From Candidatus Altimarinota bacterium (lineage in GTDB: Bacteria > Patescibacteriota > Gracilibacteria > CAIRYL01), in assembly GCA_965250085.1 (NCBI GenBank), contig OZ252287.1, positions 896,001 through 960,000 of the forward strand: a DNA stretch of 64,000 bases. The letters run 5' to 3'. Under the pieces are notes generated by a model. That model ran no database searches, was not told where the DNA came from, and saw only the letters and a program-made list of their open reading frames with translations. A program made the position numbers and the translations under genes. Of this stretch, positions 9,795 to 20,400 are shown in pieces (position 1 is the stretch's first letter; each line of letters starts with the position of its first letter).

Positions 9795-12158
9795 ATGCTT
9801 CTTTTTCTTGATGTAGAAACAACTGGCTTTGATCCTACTTCTTCTGAACTCCTGGAGCTTTCTGCTGTGCGCTATGATGGGGAGGGGGTTGTCGCTACAT
9901 TTGATGAGCTCATTTGTCCTTCTCCAGAAGGACCTCTAAACATTCCTCCGGTTGTTGAAAGGCTTACTGGCATCACGCCGGAGATGCTTTCAGAAGGAAA
10001 CCCATTAGAAATTGTCCGCTTTGAGTTTTTAGAAAAATTTCTTCATCCGGACGATATAATTGTTGGTCATAACATTTCGTTTGATACCGGATTTTTGCAA
10101 GAAAAAGGATTTGCTTTTTCACACGCAGAAATTGATACCTATCCACTTTCAACAATTATTTTGCCAAGCGAAGAAAGCTATTCGCTTGAAGTGCTTACTG
10201 AAAAATATAACTTGCCCCATGAAGCCGCGCATCGTGCACTAGGAGATGTTCTTGGAACGCTGGAGTTTTGGAAGTTTTTGGAATACAAATATCATGCTGA
10301 TTTTTCTAAAGAACTACAAAAAACCTATGCTGAACTTTTAGAAAAAACAAATTGGACGGGAAAGCATTTTTTTTCTCTCCTTGCGAACCCAAATCCTGAA
10401 AATTTCACAGATGCGTCTGTAAAGCGGTCTTTTCGGGAAGTACGCTCAAAAGCAAGCACCTCTAAGGAAAAAAAATTTGTTTCTGCGGTAGAATCTTTTT
10501 TTCAAAAAAAGGAATCTGCTCTTTGGGAAGTTTCTTTCTCGTTTCCTTCCGACCCTCTTTTTCTCGCAGTTGAAGCTATCTCGTCCTTTTGCAAAAAAAC
10601 AAAGGAGACGGTATATATTTCATATTCACCTGAAAGAGAAAATTTTATTTCAGATTTTTTCCATTCTCTTAAGAATACTGATGGCGTTTTCTATGAAAAG
10701 TATTTTTCCTCTACGCTCTTGCTCAATGAAAAGAAGTGGGGCGTTTTTCTTGGTCAGCAACAGTTTTCTGAAGAAGAAATTATTGTTGCGCTTAAGGTCT
10801 TGAGGGACCGCAAAAGAGGAGCGGTTTCTGCTCCCAATCTCTATCGAAAGGAATGGTCTGTTTGGCGCCAAATTGCTCAGGGGCAAGTGGGAGAGGGCGG
10901 TCAAGATGCGCTTTTAGAAAAAAAGAAAGCAGGGCGGGTCGTGTTTGTTCCAGAGCGTCATCTCTCCGAAATACAAGGTGAATATCTTTTTCTCGATGGA
11001 GCCGAAGACTTGGAAGACATTCTTACTTCTTTTGCTACGCAAAGTGGCTCTTCTTTGCGTGTTCGTTCTTTTTCTAAACAGGCATCTGTTTCGCTTCAAG
11101 AGGATATTTCGTTTTTCTTTGATCTCTTTGGGGCTTTTTTGAGAAAAATTGTTGGCGAGCACTCGTACCCACTTGATATCCCTTTTGATGCTTCTCTTTC
11201 TTCAAGCACTGAATGGGTCCAATTTTCTCGGCGCCTTCAAGAGCTCGTGAAAAAGAGCAAGAAAGAGCTGGGCTCCTTTCCTTTCCTCTTTTTGCAATTA
11301 TCTCTCTGGTTCGAATTTTTTTCTTCTCCTGCAAAAGAAAATGTTCTTTTGTTTTTTCGTCTCTTTCCAAATGATGAAATCGAGTGGCGAGAGAGTCCGA
11401 CCCTCTTGAGTTCTTCATGCGCAGATCTTTCTAAAAAATTTCCGTCTCTTCTTGCCCTTGGAAGTCATTTTTCTAAAAAAGAAGATGGTGCGTGGGTTTT
11501 TCCTTTTGAGCTTCCCCCAAAATTTTCACAAGAGAAAATATCTCTTGTTCAGGAGATGGTGCCTTTTCAATTTTTTTCGTTTTCCGATGTTTCTCCAAGT
11601 CAAAATACTCCTCGTGCTTCTCTTGAATACTTAAAAAAATTAATTGCTTCTTCTTCAGGAAATGTCCTTGCTCATTTTTCTTCTCAAAAAAATGCCGAAC
11701 ACGCTGAAGAGTTTCTGTTTTCTGTGTTTCCCGATTCCCATTTTGATATCGTAAGCCACAGAAAGGGCGGTTTGGGAAAGATTCTTCACTTCTTACAAAA
11801 ACCGGGACGGAAAATATTTTTAACAACAACCCCTCTTTTGCAGCGCATACAAAAGTCCTTTTCTCTCTTTCCCAGTTTTAATATCTTCTTTTTTCAAAAG
11901 TTCTTATTTGATCCACCACAAAAAACTCTTTTTGCAGCGCGGAAAAAATTTTTTTCTAATGAATTTCTTGATTTTGTGCTTCCCAGAAGCCTTGGTCGGT
12001 TTGAGACCGAACTTTTTCGTTTGAACGAAATGCAATCCATCCCCTATTCTTTTTATTGTTTTGATGCTCGGATTAATGATTCAAGTGGCTTTGGTGGAAA
12101 TTTTGCAAAAATGTCTTCAGATATTTCGCTGAATCAAATTTCTCTTGATAAACTATGA
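9795..12158 (+). CDS. DEDDh 3'-5' exonuclease fused to degenerate DinG-like helicase region
   Basis: FLDVETTG, VGHNISFD, HRALGDV intact; C-terminal GNVLAHFSS and GRF...CFDARI echo DinG motifs, but no Walker A or DEAH. Confidence 0.75.
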   Translation: MLLFLDVETTGFDPTSSELLELSAVRYDGEGVVATFDELICPSPEGPLNIPPVVERLTGITPEMLSEGNPLEIVRFEFLEKFLHPDDIIVGHNISFDTGFLQEKGFAFSHAEIDTYPLSTIILPSEESYSLEVLTEKYNLPHEAAHRALGDVLGTLEFWKFLEYKYHADFSKELQKTYAELLEKTNWTGKHFFSLLANPNPENFTDASVKRSFREVRSKASTSKEKKFVSAVESFFQKKESALWEVSFSFPSDPLFLAVEAISSFCKKTKETVYISYSPERENFISDFFHSLKNTDGVFYEKYFSSTLLLNEKKWGVFLGQQQFSEEEIIVALKVLRDRKRGAVSAPNLYRKEWSVWRQIAQGQVGEGGQDALLEKKKAGRVVFVPERHLSEIQGEYLFLDGAEDLEDILTSFATQSGSSLRVRSFSKQASVSLQEDISFFFDLFGAFLRKIVGEHSYPLDIPFDASLSSSTEWVQFSRRLQELVKKSKKELGSFPFLFLQLSLWFEFFSSPAKENVLLFFRLFPNDEIEWRESPTLLSSSCADLSKKFPSLLALGSHFSKKEDGAWVFPFELPPKFSQEKISLVQEMVPFQFFSFSDVSPSQNTPRASLEYLKKLIASSSGNVLAHFSSQKNAEHAEEFLFSVFPDSHFDIVSHRKGGLGKILHFLQKPGRKIFLTTTPLLQRIQKSFSLFPSFNIFFFQKFLFDPPQKTLFAARKKFFSNEFLDFVLPRSLGRFETELFRLNEMQSIPYSFYCFDARINDSSGFGGNFAKMSSDISLNQISLDKL

Positions 12159-12233
12159 ATGGAATTTTGCTTGATTTATTCTTTAAAATAATTTATAATA
12201 GTTCGATATTTCGTTCTTTTTATCTTTTTTCAA

Positions 12234-13526
12234 ATGAAAACAAATATACACTTTTCACCTGTTCTCATTGCCATTGCAAGCATTGTCGTGCTTCTAATAA
12301 TGGCCTGTGCTCCTTTTTCTTCTCAGGCAGCAAATTCGGATTTGCTTGTGCAAGACGTGGTGGCGGCTCCCTACAATGCCAGTGCCTTTATTTCATGGTC
12401 AGAGCTTTCCGGTGAGTTTGGAGAACCAGTCGTATCCTATGAAGTTTTTTATGGCCTCTCTTCTGTAGAAGAAGGGCTTGTTGAAAGTTACGACGATATG
12501 GCGTCTGTTGTTGGATCTGAAAATTCTGTAGCTCTCTCTGACCTTTCTAATGGTGTTCGGTATTTCGTTTCTGTTCAAGCAAGTTTTGAGGGTGGCGATC
12601 GAAGCGATCTTTCCAGAGAAGTGGTAGTTACTCCATCTTCTGTCTACAGCGAGCTTCCTTCGACAGAAGTTGATCCTTCTCAGGTGTCTCCAGAAGATTC
12701 TGCTATCGATAGTGAATCTCCTGTTGTGGAAGAAGCGCTTGCTCTTACAAAAAATATTATAAAAATATCCTTTTCCGAGGAGGTTTCTCTTCCTGAAATT
12801 CTTCCCGAATTAAGCTTTTCTATAACCGAAAGTGCTGACGCTTCTCTCGGTCTTTCTGTTGTAAATGCAGAGTATAAGGTCGATTATGCCGATTCTCCTG
12901 AAGAGATTGTATACAAAGATATTGTCTTTTTAACCTCTGAAGAAGACATGAATCCTGATGCGGAGTATATTGTCACCGTAAGTGCCGCTATTGCGGACCT
13001 TTCTGGTAATCCTATTGACAGTGGTGTTACTGATTTTGCTCTCTTTGCTGGGACCGATGCTGAAGAAATTCCTGTTTCAGAACTTCCTTTGGTTGCACCA
13101 GAAGCTCCTATTGAAGATTTAAAGCCAGCTGCTCCTGAAGGCGATGTCTCTGCCCCTGAAAATGTATCCGATTTTACTATTAATGCTATTGAGGGTGATG
13201 AAAATTTTCTCCTCAACTTAGAATGGAAAAAAAGCTCTTCTGATGATGTTGATCATCAAGATGTGTATAAGAGCGAGGATGATGGAAGCGCCTGGGATGA
13301 TGAAGCCGAGCTTGATGCTTTTGCTGAAAAGTACAGTACTTCTGCCAGTCCTGAAAGTGAACTCGCATACAAAGTTACTGCTACCGACGACGCTGGGAAT
13401 GAAAACGCTGGAGCTATCCAATCTGTTCGTGTTCCCGCTCTTACTGCAACGGGGGCTCCTCTTGCTCTTGTTTCTCTTGGTTCTCTTTTTGGTCTCGCTG
13501 GAATACGTCGGTTTAGAAAAAAATAA
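12234..13526 (+). CDS. Secreted acidic FN3/Ig-like surface protein with C-terminal anchor
   Basis: Signal peptide; FN3-like ISW...YEVFYG...LSNGVRYFVSVQA; Ig-like DLSGN; C-terminal LTATG + TM + RRFRKK. Confidence 0.8.
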   Translation: MKTNIHFSPVLIAIASIVVLLIMACAPFSSQAANSDLLVQDVVAAPYNASAFISWSELSGEFGEPVVSYEVFYGLSSVEEGLVESYDDMASVVGSENSVALSDLSNGVRYFVSVQASFEGGDRSDLSREVVVTPSSVYSELPSTEVDPSQVSPEDSAIDSESPVVEEALALTKNIIKISFSEEVSLPEILPELSFSITESADASLGLSVVNAEYKVDYADSPEEIVYKDIVFLTSEEDMNPDAEYIVTVSAAIADLSGNPIDSGVTDFALFAGTDAEEIPVSELPLVAPEAPIEDLKPAAPEGDVSAPENVSDFTINAIEGDENFLLNLEWKKSSSDDVDHQDVYKSEDDGSAWDDEAELDAFAEKYSTSASPESELAYKVTATDDAGNENAGAIQSVRVPALTATGAPLALVSLGSLFGLAGIRRFRKK

Positions 13527-13555
13527 CCCTGAAGAAAACAACATGAAAGAACGAC

Positions 13556-13590
13556 AAAAAAGACTCTTTCTCAAGAAAGAGTCTTTTTTT
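13556..13590 (+). terminator. Intrinsic terminator
   Basis: Perfect hairpin AAAAAAGACTCTTTC-TCAA-GAAAGAGTCTTTTTTT. Confidence 0.85.
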
Positions 13591-13648
13591 AGATCCGCCT
13601 TGACGAACGAGACGATGGTTTTTAGAGTGTAAATCCCTTTGTTTTGTA

Positions 13649-14521
13649 GTGCGCTATCAAAAGATATCATTGGCATTCTTTTTTCTCCTTTTGGGAGTTT
13701 TTCTTCTCCTTTTTCTAGAGTCGCAAAAAATGGCTGATGGAAAATTTCATGTGTATTTCTTTGATGTTCCCGTCGGGGACTCCTTTTTGATTCAGTCTCC
13801 TCACGGAAAAAATATTGTTATTGATGGGGGAATTGATAGTTCTGTTGCCTCTCGCTTGGGAGAGGTTTTTCCTTTTTGGCAAAGGACTATTGATCTTTTA
13901 GTTATCAGTCACCCCGATTTAGATCATTTGACTGGTGCATTGGCGTTAGTTCGATCACATGATGTTCGTGGCGTTCTCCTTTCCGGTGCTTTTGCGCCTC
14001 ACGCTTTTTTCCAGGATTTTTTAAAAATAGTAGAAGAAAAAAAAATTCCCATTTTTTTGGCTCATGAAAACAAGGATTTTGTATTTGATGGCCTTTTTTT
14101 TGACATTCTTTTTCCAAATTCCAGTCTGGTGGGCAAAAAAACGTTAAGTATGAATAATTCTTCTGTTGTTTTTCGCGTATCCTATGGTGAAGATTCTGTT
14201 CTTTTTACTGGAGACATTGAAAAAGAAACAGAGAAAATTTTACTTTCACAAGCTTCTTCACTTCAAAGCAGTCTTTTAAAGGTTGCCCATCATGGGAGCA
14301 GAACATCTTCTCTTTCTGAATTCCTTTCTGCCGTTTCTGCTGATCATGCTGTTATTTCCGCAGGGCGGGAAAACTCCTTTGGACATCCTCATGAAGAAGT
14401 CTTGATTCGCCTCGGGGGCATCCCTACTTTTGTGACCAAAGAACTTGGAACAATTCACGCCATTTCTGATGGTTTTGGGTTTCAATTTATAACAGCAGTG
14501 AAGCGTTCTCTATTCCTTTGA
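13649..14521 (+). CDS. ComEC/Rec2-type metallo-beta-lactamase-fold hydrolase (stand-alone)
   Basis: FFDVPVGDS, ISHPDLDHLTG, NNSSVV, LFTGDIE, KVAHHGSRTSS, NSFGHPH. Confidence 0.9.
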   Translation: MRYQKISLAFFFLLLGVFLLLFLESQKMADGKFHVYFFDVPVGDSFLIQSPHGKNIVIDGGIDSSVASRLGEVFPFWQRTIDLLVISHPDLDHLTGALALVRSHDVRGVLLSGAFAPHAFFQDFLKIVEEKKIPIFLAHENKDFVFDGLFFDILFPNSSLVGKKTLSMNNSSVVFRVSYGEDSVLFTGDIEKETEKILLSQASSLQSSLLKVAHHGSRTSSLSEFLSAVSADHAVISAGRENSFGHPHEEVLIRLGGIPTFVTKELGTIHAISDGFGFQFITAVKRSLFL

Positions 14522-14561
14522 TATTTTTTGTAAAAAAAGAGAAAATTTTTCCGAATACACT

Positions 14562-15866
14562 ATGTTCCAAACAATTCTTCTTTGCGCCGGCCAATCTTCT
14601 CGTATGTGGCCATTGGGTGATAAAATATTTTTTGAATACCTTGGAAAATCTCTTTTTGAGCACCAGGTCGAAAGGCTTCTTAAAACAAGCTTTGGTCAGA
14701 AAATACATATAGTTGGAAATGAAAAAAACTTTTCTCTTCTTCAGGAAACCGCTTTTTCTGCTTTTCCTTCTCAAAAAGAGCGTTTCTCCTTTTCTCTTCA
14801 GAAAGACGTATCGGAAGGCATGCTTGGTGGTGTTCTTGCTGCAAAGAGCAATGTTCAGAAGGACGTCCCCCTTTTTATTATGAGTTCTAATGATTTTGTG
14901 GAAAAGTCATACTTTCAATTTCTTCAAGACACCGTCGTTTCCTCTTCCTCCGACATTTTTATCTGTGGAAAAAAAGTGGAAACATATTTTCCTGGTGGAT
15001 ATCTTGTTCTTAATTCCAAAAATCATGTGAAAAAAATTGAAGAAAAACCCCGTCCTGAAAAAGTTCCTTCGAAATATATCAACCTTGTTCTTCATGTTTT
15101 CAAAGATCCTCAAAATCTTTTTTTGTATTTGGAAAAAGAAAGAAAAAAGAGAAGTCACTATGGATATGAGTCCGCTTTGCAAAAACTTTTTGACGATGGC
15201 GTTGTTGCGGAAGCAGTTTTTTACAAAGGTGCTTGGACGACATTAAAGTATCCCTGGCATCATTTCGACATGATGGAGACGTTTTGGAAAACCCTAAAAA
15301 ACCCGCTGATTCACCCTTCTTCACAGGTTTCAAAAAAAGCTTCTGTTGCTGGAAATGTTGTTCTTTCTGAGGGAGTGAAAGTTTTTGATTTCGCGGTTAT
15401 CACGGGTCCTTGTTTTATTGGGAAAGACACAATTGTTGGAACTCATGCACTTGTCCGCGAAAGCCATATTGGCGAGAAATGCGTCATCGGCCATGGGACG
15501 GAAGTGGCGCGGAGCTATCTTCGGTCTCATGTCTGCTTGCATCAGAATTACGTAGGTGACTCCGTTCTCGACGAGGGGGTTTGTTTTGGCGCTGGAACTC
15601 GAACTGGGAATTTTCGCCTCGATAAAAAAAATATTTCCATCCAGGTGCGAAACGAAATCATTCCGACTTCACGGAACAAGGTGGGCGTTTTTTGTGGAAA
15701 AAATGTTTCTGTTGGAATCAATTCGAGTTTCATGCCGGGTGTGAAAGTCGGAAACAACAGCTTCTTGGCTGCTGGCGCTGCTTTTTCCGAGGACATCCCC
15801 GAAGGTGTTTTTTTGAAAGGCCTTTCGTCTTTCTCGGTTAAGAAAAATAATTTTTTTCCACAGTGA
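14562..15866 (+). CDS. Sugar-phosphate nucleotidyltransferase with hexapeptide-repeat domain (GlmU-like)
   Basis: ILLCAGQSSRMWPL; YPW; left-handed beta-helix repeats; YVGDSVL, FGAGTRTGNFRLD. Confidence 0.85.
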   Translation: MFQTILLCAGQSSRMWPLGDKIFFEYLGKSLFEHQVERLLKTSFGQKIHIVGNEKNFSLLQETAFSAFPSQKERFSFSLQKDVSEGMLGGVLAAKSNVQKDVPLFIMSSNDFVEKSYFQFLQDTVVSSSSDIFICGKKVETYFPGGYLVLNSKNHVKKIEEKPRPEKVPSKYINLVLHVFKDPQNLFLYLEKERKKRSHYGYESALQKLFDDGVVAEAVFYKGAWTTLKYPWHHFDMMETFWKTLKNPLIHPSSQVSKKASVAGNVVLSEGVKVFDFAVITGPCFIGKDTIVGTHALVRESHIGEKCVIGHGTEVARSYLRSHVCLHQNYVGDSVLDEGVCFGAGTRTGNFRLDKKNISIQVRNEIIPTSRNKVGVFCGKNVSVGINSSFMPGVKVGNNSFLAAGAAFSEDIPEGVFLKGLSSFSVKKNNFFPQ

Positions 15867-16226
15867 TCGCTTTTTTTATTCTTCTTTTCGCGACTGGAAT
15901 GGGAGGTTTCTCGCTTGTTTCTTTTTTCCCAAAAAATCATAAATTCGCCCTTCTTCCCTTGGAATGGCCCTTTCTTTTTCGAAGCGCAGGTCAAAAAAAA
16001 CACCATCCTTTCGTTCTTTTTTTGTGTTCGGGCCCCTGTTTCTCTTTTACATGACCCTTTTTTCGGGAGGTATGTTTGCTATAAAATATTTTCAATATTT
16101 TCCAATCCTCCATATTATTAATTTTTATTAAATTCTTTTATATATTTCTTAATAAGAAAGGGTTTTCCTGTTTGCAATTTTCTAAAAGAAAAAGTACTCT
16201 ACGTATGCCTTCTTTCTCCCGAAAAA
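15854..16226. other. Candidate replication origin (oriC)
   Basis: Plus strand switches from T-rich to A-rich here; very AT-rich tract ~16080-16160; DnaA-box-like TTTTCCACA at 15854-15862; directly upstream of dnaN. Confidence 0.55.
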
Positions 16227-17330
16227 ATGAAGCTCTCTTGTGAGCAAAAGGATTTACAAAGCGCCCTTTCTCTTGTACAAAAAGCAATAAACCCCCAAAA
16301 CACACTCCCTATATTAGGGAATGTCCTTTTAAAAGCGGAAGGTCAAAAACTCTACCTTTCAGCGACGAACCTGGAAACAGCCATCACAACGTCTTTTTCC
16401 GCTGCCGTCGAAAACGAAGGGGAGATAACAGTTCCTGCCAAGATTTTCTCGAGCTACGTAGGATTTTTGCCGAACGAAAAAATCGCGCTGACCCTCCTCG
16501 ACGGAGAGACTGTTTCTCTCGAAACGAAGAACTCAAAAACGAAAATAAAAGGAATTTCCTCAGAAGAATTTCCCGCAATCCCCTCCGTGGAAAAGGAGGT
16601 GAAATTTTCTCTTCCTCGGGAGGAGCTGAAAAAAGCGATAGACCAGGTGGCGTTTTGTTGTGCGACGTCAACAACAAGGCCCGTCCTTTCGGGCGTGTAT
16701 TTTTGGGGGAGGGAAAAAGACCTGAGACTCGTCGCGACGGATTCATACAGGCTGGGGGAAAAAAAGATGGTTCTTTCGAAGCCGCTTGAAAAAGAACTCA
16801 AGAGCATCGTTCCTTCGCGTGCAATGCAGGAGCTCGAAAAAATACTCGCTTCCTCTGAGGAAAAAACCGCGGAAATCACTTTCTCTGAAAACCAAATTTT
16901 GTGCGAAATAGGGAAAACGCGGCTCATATCCCGCCTTATAGAGGGGAAATTCCCCGAGTACTCGCAAATTATTCCCAAAACATCAAAAACGGGAGCAGAA
17001 TGCGCGGTGGAGGAACTCGTGTTAGGAACAAAAAGAGTCGGTCTTTTTGCGCGAGAAAACAACAACAACGTGCGACTCTCTTTTACCCCAAAAGGGATAG
17101 GGATTACGACAGATGCAACGGAAATAGGGACAGAAGAGTCGCAAATGGACGCAGTGGTGCAAGGCGAAGAATGCTCAATCGCGCTCAATGGGCAATATTT
17201 TTTGGATATTTTGCAATGCCTAGAAGGAGAAAAAGCACAAATAGAAGTGGAAGGAAAACTTTCGCCAGTCGTAGTAAAACCGAAAGACACAAAAGGCTTT
17301 GTTCATGTAATAATGCCGCTCAAAGCCTAA
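16227..17330 (+). CDS. dnaN: DNA polymerase III beta clamp
   Basis: LPILGNVLL, RPVLSGV, VATDSYRL, SRLIEGKFPEY, C-terminal VIMPLK. Confidence 0.98.
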   Translation: MKLSCEQKDLQSALSLVQKAINPQNTLPILGNVLLKAEGQKLYLSATNLETAITTSFSAAVENEGEITVPAKIFSSYVGFLPNEKIALTLLDGETVSLETKNSKTKIKGISSEEFPAIPSVEKEVKFSLPREELKKAIDQVAFCCATSTTRPVLSGVYFWGREKDLRLVATDSYRLGEKKMVLSKPLEKELKSIVPSRAMQELEKILASSEEKTAEITFSENQILCEIGKTRLISRLIEGKFPEYSQIIPKTSKTGAECAVEELVLGTKRVGLFARENNNNVRLSFTPKGIGITTDATEIGTEESQMDAVVQGEECSIALNGQYFLDILQCLEGEKAQIEVEGKLSPVVVKPKDTKGFVHVIMPLKA

Positions 17331-17415
17331 GGAAAAAAGAGCCAAAAAACCGCGCACTTTTATTTCTCTTTTTGGAGAAAAAGAGAAGAAAAATATTTTT
17401 ATTTTGAATATTTTT

Positions 17416-20400
17416 ATGAATATTTGGGAGCAGGAGAAAAAAGGAGCTCTATTGCCAGATTTCTTTGAGAAGCAAAAGGAGATCTTTTTGTGTATGCAAA
17501 AATGGGAAGAGCGAAAAAAACTGACGGTTTCAGGGCTTCCCAATATATCAGCAAAACTTTTTTTCTTAAGAAAATTTTTTCAAGAAGGAAAAAAGGAAAA
17601 AAACATTCTTTTCGTGTTCCCCAACAGAAATGAAGTCCACGAAGCCATTTTGGTAGCACCTTTGTTTTTTTCGGGAGAAACACACATGTTCCATTTATTT
17701 TCTGAGGAAGTGGAAAAAAGAGAGCGAGAAAAAATAGAATGGACACTTTTGCTTTTAAAGCAAAAAAAAGAAGATAAAAAACACATCTTTTTTTGCACAA
17801 GCGAACAGGCACTCGAAGCCTTCCCCCATAAAAAAGATCTGCAAGACCAAAAAACAATACTTACAAAGAAGCAAAAGATATCCCCCTTACAGCTTTTTAA
17901 TGAGCTTACAGATAGGGGATATACACTTACAAATGACCTTTTTCTGCAAAAAGGAGAATATCGCAGAAGTGGAAACATTATAGACGTCTTTCCCATAGGG
18001 AGAAAAAAGCCAATAAAAATAGAAATAGCATATGACACTGTGGAGAGCATCACTGAATTTTCACTCGAAACAAAAAAAATAGGAGAAGACGTACAAAAAA
18101 TAAATCTTTACCCCTGCTCTGCGTCCGAACGCGAAGGATCACTTGGAGACCTCTTGACACCAGAGGATATCCAAATTTGGAATGAGCTTGAAGAAATCAC
18201 AGAAACGAGTTCGAAAAAACTAAAAAAAATACCAGCAAAAATCCTAAAGATATCATCTTTTCCAGAAAATGAAGAAACCTCCGTTCACCTTCGGTTTCTT
18301 TCCGTATTAAAATTTTACAATCTTCCAGATCTTCTTCTTGATTTCCGGGAAAAAGAACAAACCAACTGGAAAACACTTGTTCTTACAAAAAGGAAAGACG
18401 AACTCAAAAATATCCTCACAGAAAAAAAAATATCATTTTCTGAAAATACTAAAAATGCAGGGATCTTGCTTCTTGATACCGGAGAGCTCGAAGCAGTGCC
18501 CCCCTCCTTTCAAAACCCAGAAGAAAAAATGTCTCTTCTTACAGATCGAGAAATCTTTCACCTCAGCACTAAAAAAAAGAAATCAATAAGTTCAGCAGCA
18601 GCAAACATAGAATTTCTCACAAGTCTAAAAGTGGGAGACCTTGTGGTGCACCTCGATCATGGAATCGGAAGATTCTTAGGAATTGGGGAGCAAGAAATAG
18701 ACGGACATATTCGAGAATATCTAGAGATTTCATACCTTCACGAAGACAAGCTTTTCGTTCCCGTGGATCAAGCAGATAAAATTTCACGCTTTATTACCGA
18801 AGAAAGCAGAGAGCCAAAACTTACCAGACTGGGGGGGGTCGAGTGGAAAAACATCCAAAAAAAAGTCAAAAGAGAAACAGAAAAAATAGCAAAAGAACTC
18901 CTGGACATGTATGCCAAAAGAGCACAGGTGAAAGGATTGCAATTTGGTCCTGACACGGAAAGGCAGGAACAATTTGAAAAAAATTTTCCTTACGAAGAAA
19001 CACCGGGTCAAATAACCGCTATTCGAGACACCAAAACAGACTTGGAGAGCACAAAACCAATGGACAGACTTCTGTGCGGAGATGTTGGATTCGGAAAAAC
19101 TGAAGTAGCCATGAGAGCTGCATTCAAAGTGGCAGACAACCAAAAACAAGTAGCCCTTATCGCCCCCATTACCATTCTTGTGCAACAACACTATGAAACA
19201 TTTCAGAAACGAATGAATGAATTCGGAGTAACGGTAGAAATGCTCTCAAGATTTCGAACACCAGCACAACAGAAGAAAATTCTTCAAAAGCTCAAAAAGG
19301 GGACGATAGACATCATTATCGGAACACACCGACTTCTCAGCGATGATGTTGAATTTTATGATCTGGGGCTGGTTATTATTGATGAAGAACAGCGTTTTGG
19401 AGTAAAACAGAAGGAAAAGTTCAAAGACCTCAGAAGCGAAGTTTCCATTCTCACTCTTTCGGCAACCCCGATTCCCCGCACGCTCAATTTAGCTCTCCAC
19501 AAACTCAGAGATATCACAACAATTACAACCCCGCCTCCAGGACGCCTCCCCATCATCACAGAGGTAAGAAAATATTCAGATCACCTCATTAGAGAAGCCA
19601 TTTTGAAAGAAAAAAAGAGAAGAGGGCAAATCTACTTCCTTCATAATCGTGTGGAAACCATTGAATCTATGGCAGAAAAACTGAGACTTCTTGTGCCGGA
19701 AGCTACATTTGCAGTAGGTCATGGTCAAATGAAAGCAGAGATACTTGAAGACAGAATCCTTTCCTTTAAAGAAAAAAAATATGACGTGCTGGTGTCTTCC
19801 ACAATTATTGAAAACGGGATAGACCTTGCGAACGCAAATACGCTGATTGTAAACAACGCAGAAAATTTTGGACTTGCCCAGCTCTATCAACTCAGAGGGC
19901 GAATCGGAAGATCACCCAAACAAGCATACGCATATCTTCTTCATTCGTCCCAAAAACTGAGCCTCAATGCCAAAAAAAGACTCAAGGCCCTTATTGAAGC
20001 ATCAGAACTGGGGAGCGGGTTTCAACTTTCCATGCGAGATTTGGAGATAAGAGGAGCAGGAGATGTGCTTGGAGTGAGTCAACATGGAACTGTAAATGTG
20101 GTGGGAGTAAGTCATTTTTTGAGGCTTCTTAATAAGACAATCAAACAAATGCAGGAAGGGAAAATGACAGAGAAAGACGAAGAAGTAACAGAAGTGCTCA
20201 TAGAAATTCCACTCGATGCCTATATTCCGGGAACATATATTGCCAATACAAAAGAAAAGATTTTGATGTATCAAAAACTCGCAGCGGTTCAAAACCATGA
20301 AAAACTACACGAACTCGTGCAAGAGATGGCAGAAGAATATGGACGGATGCCGGTACAAGTCAAAAGCCTTTTTGAAGTTTTGGACCTCAAAATATCAGCG

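Noticed and set aside
16384-17407. Long alternative-frame and antisense ORFs over dnaN (and similar ones over other genes)
   Set aside because: Shadow ORFs overlapping well-supported genes, with no recognisable motifs
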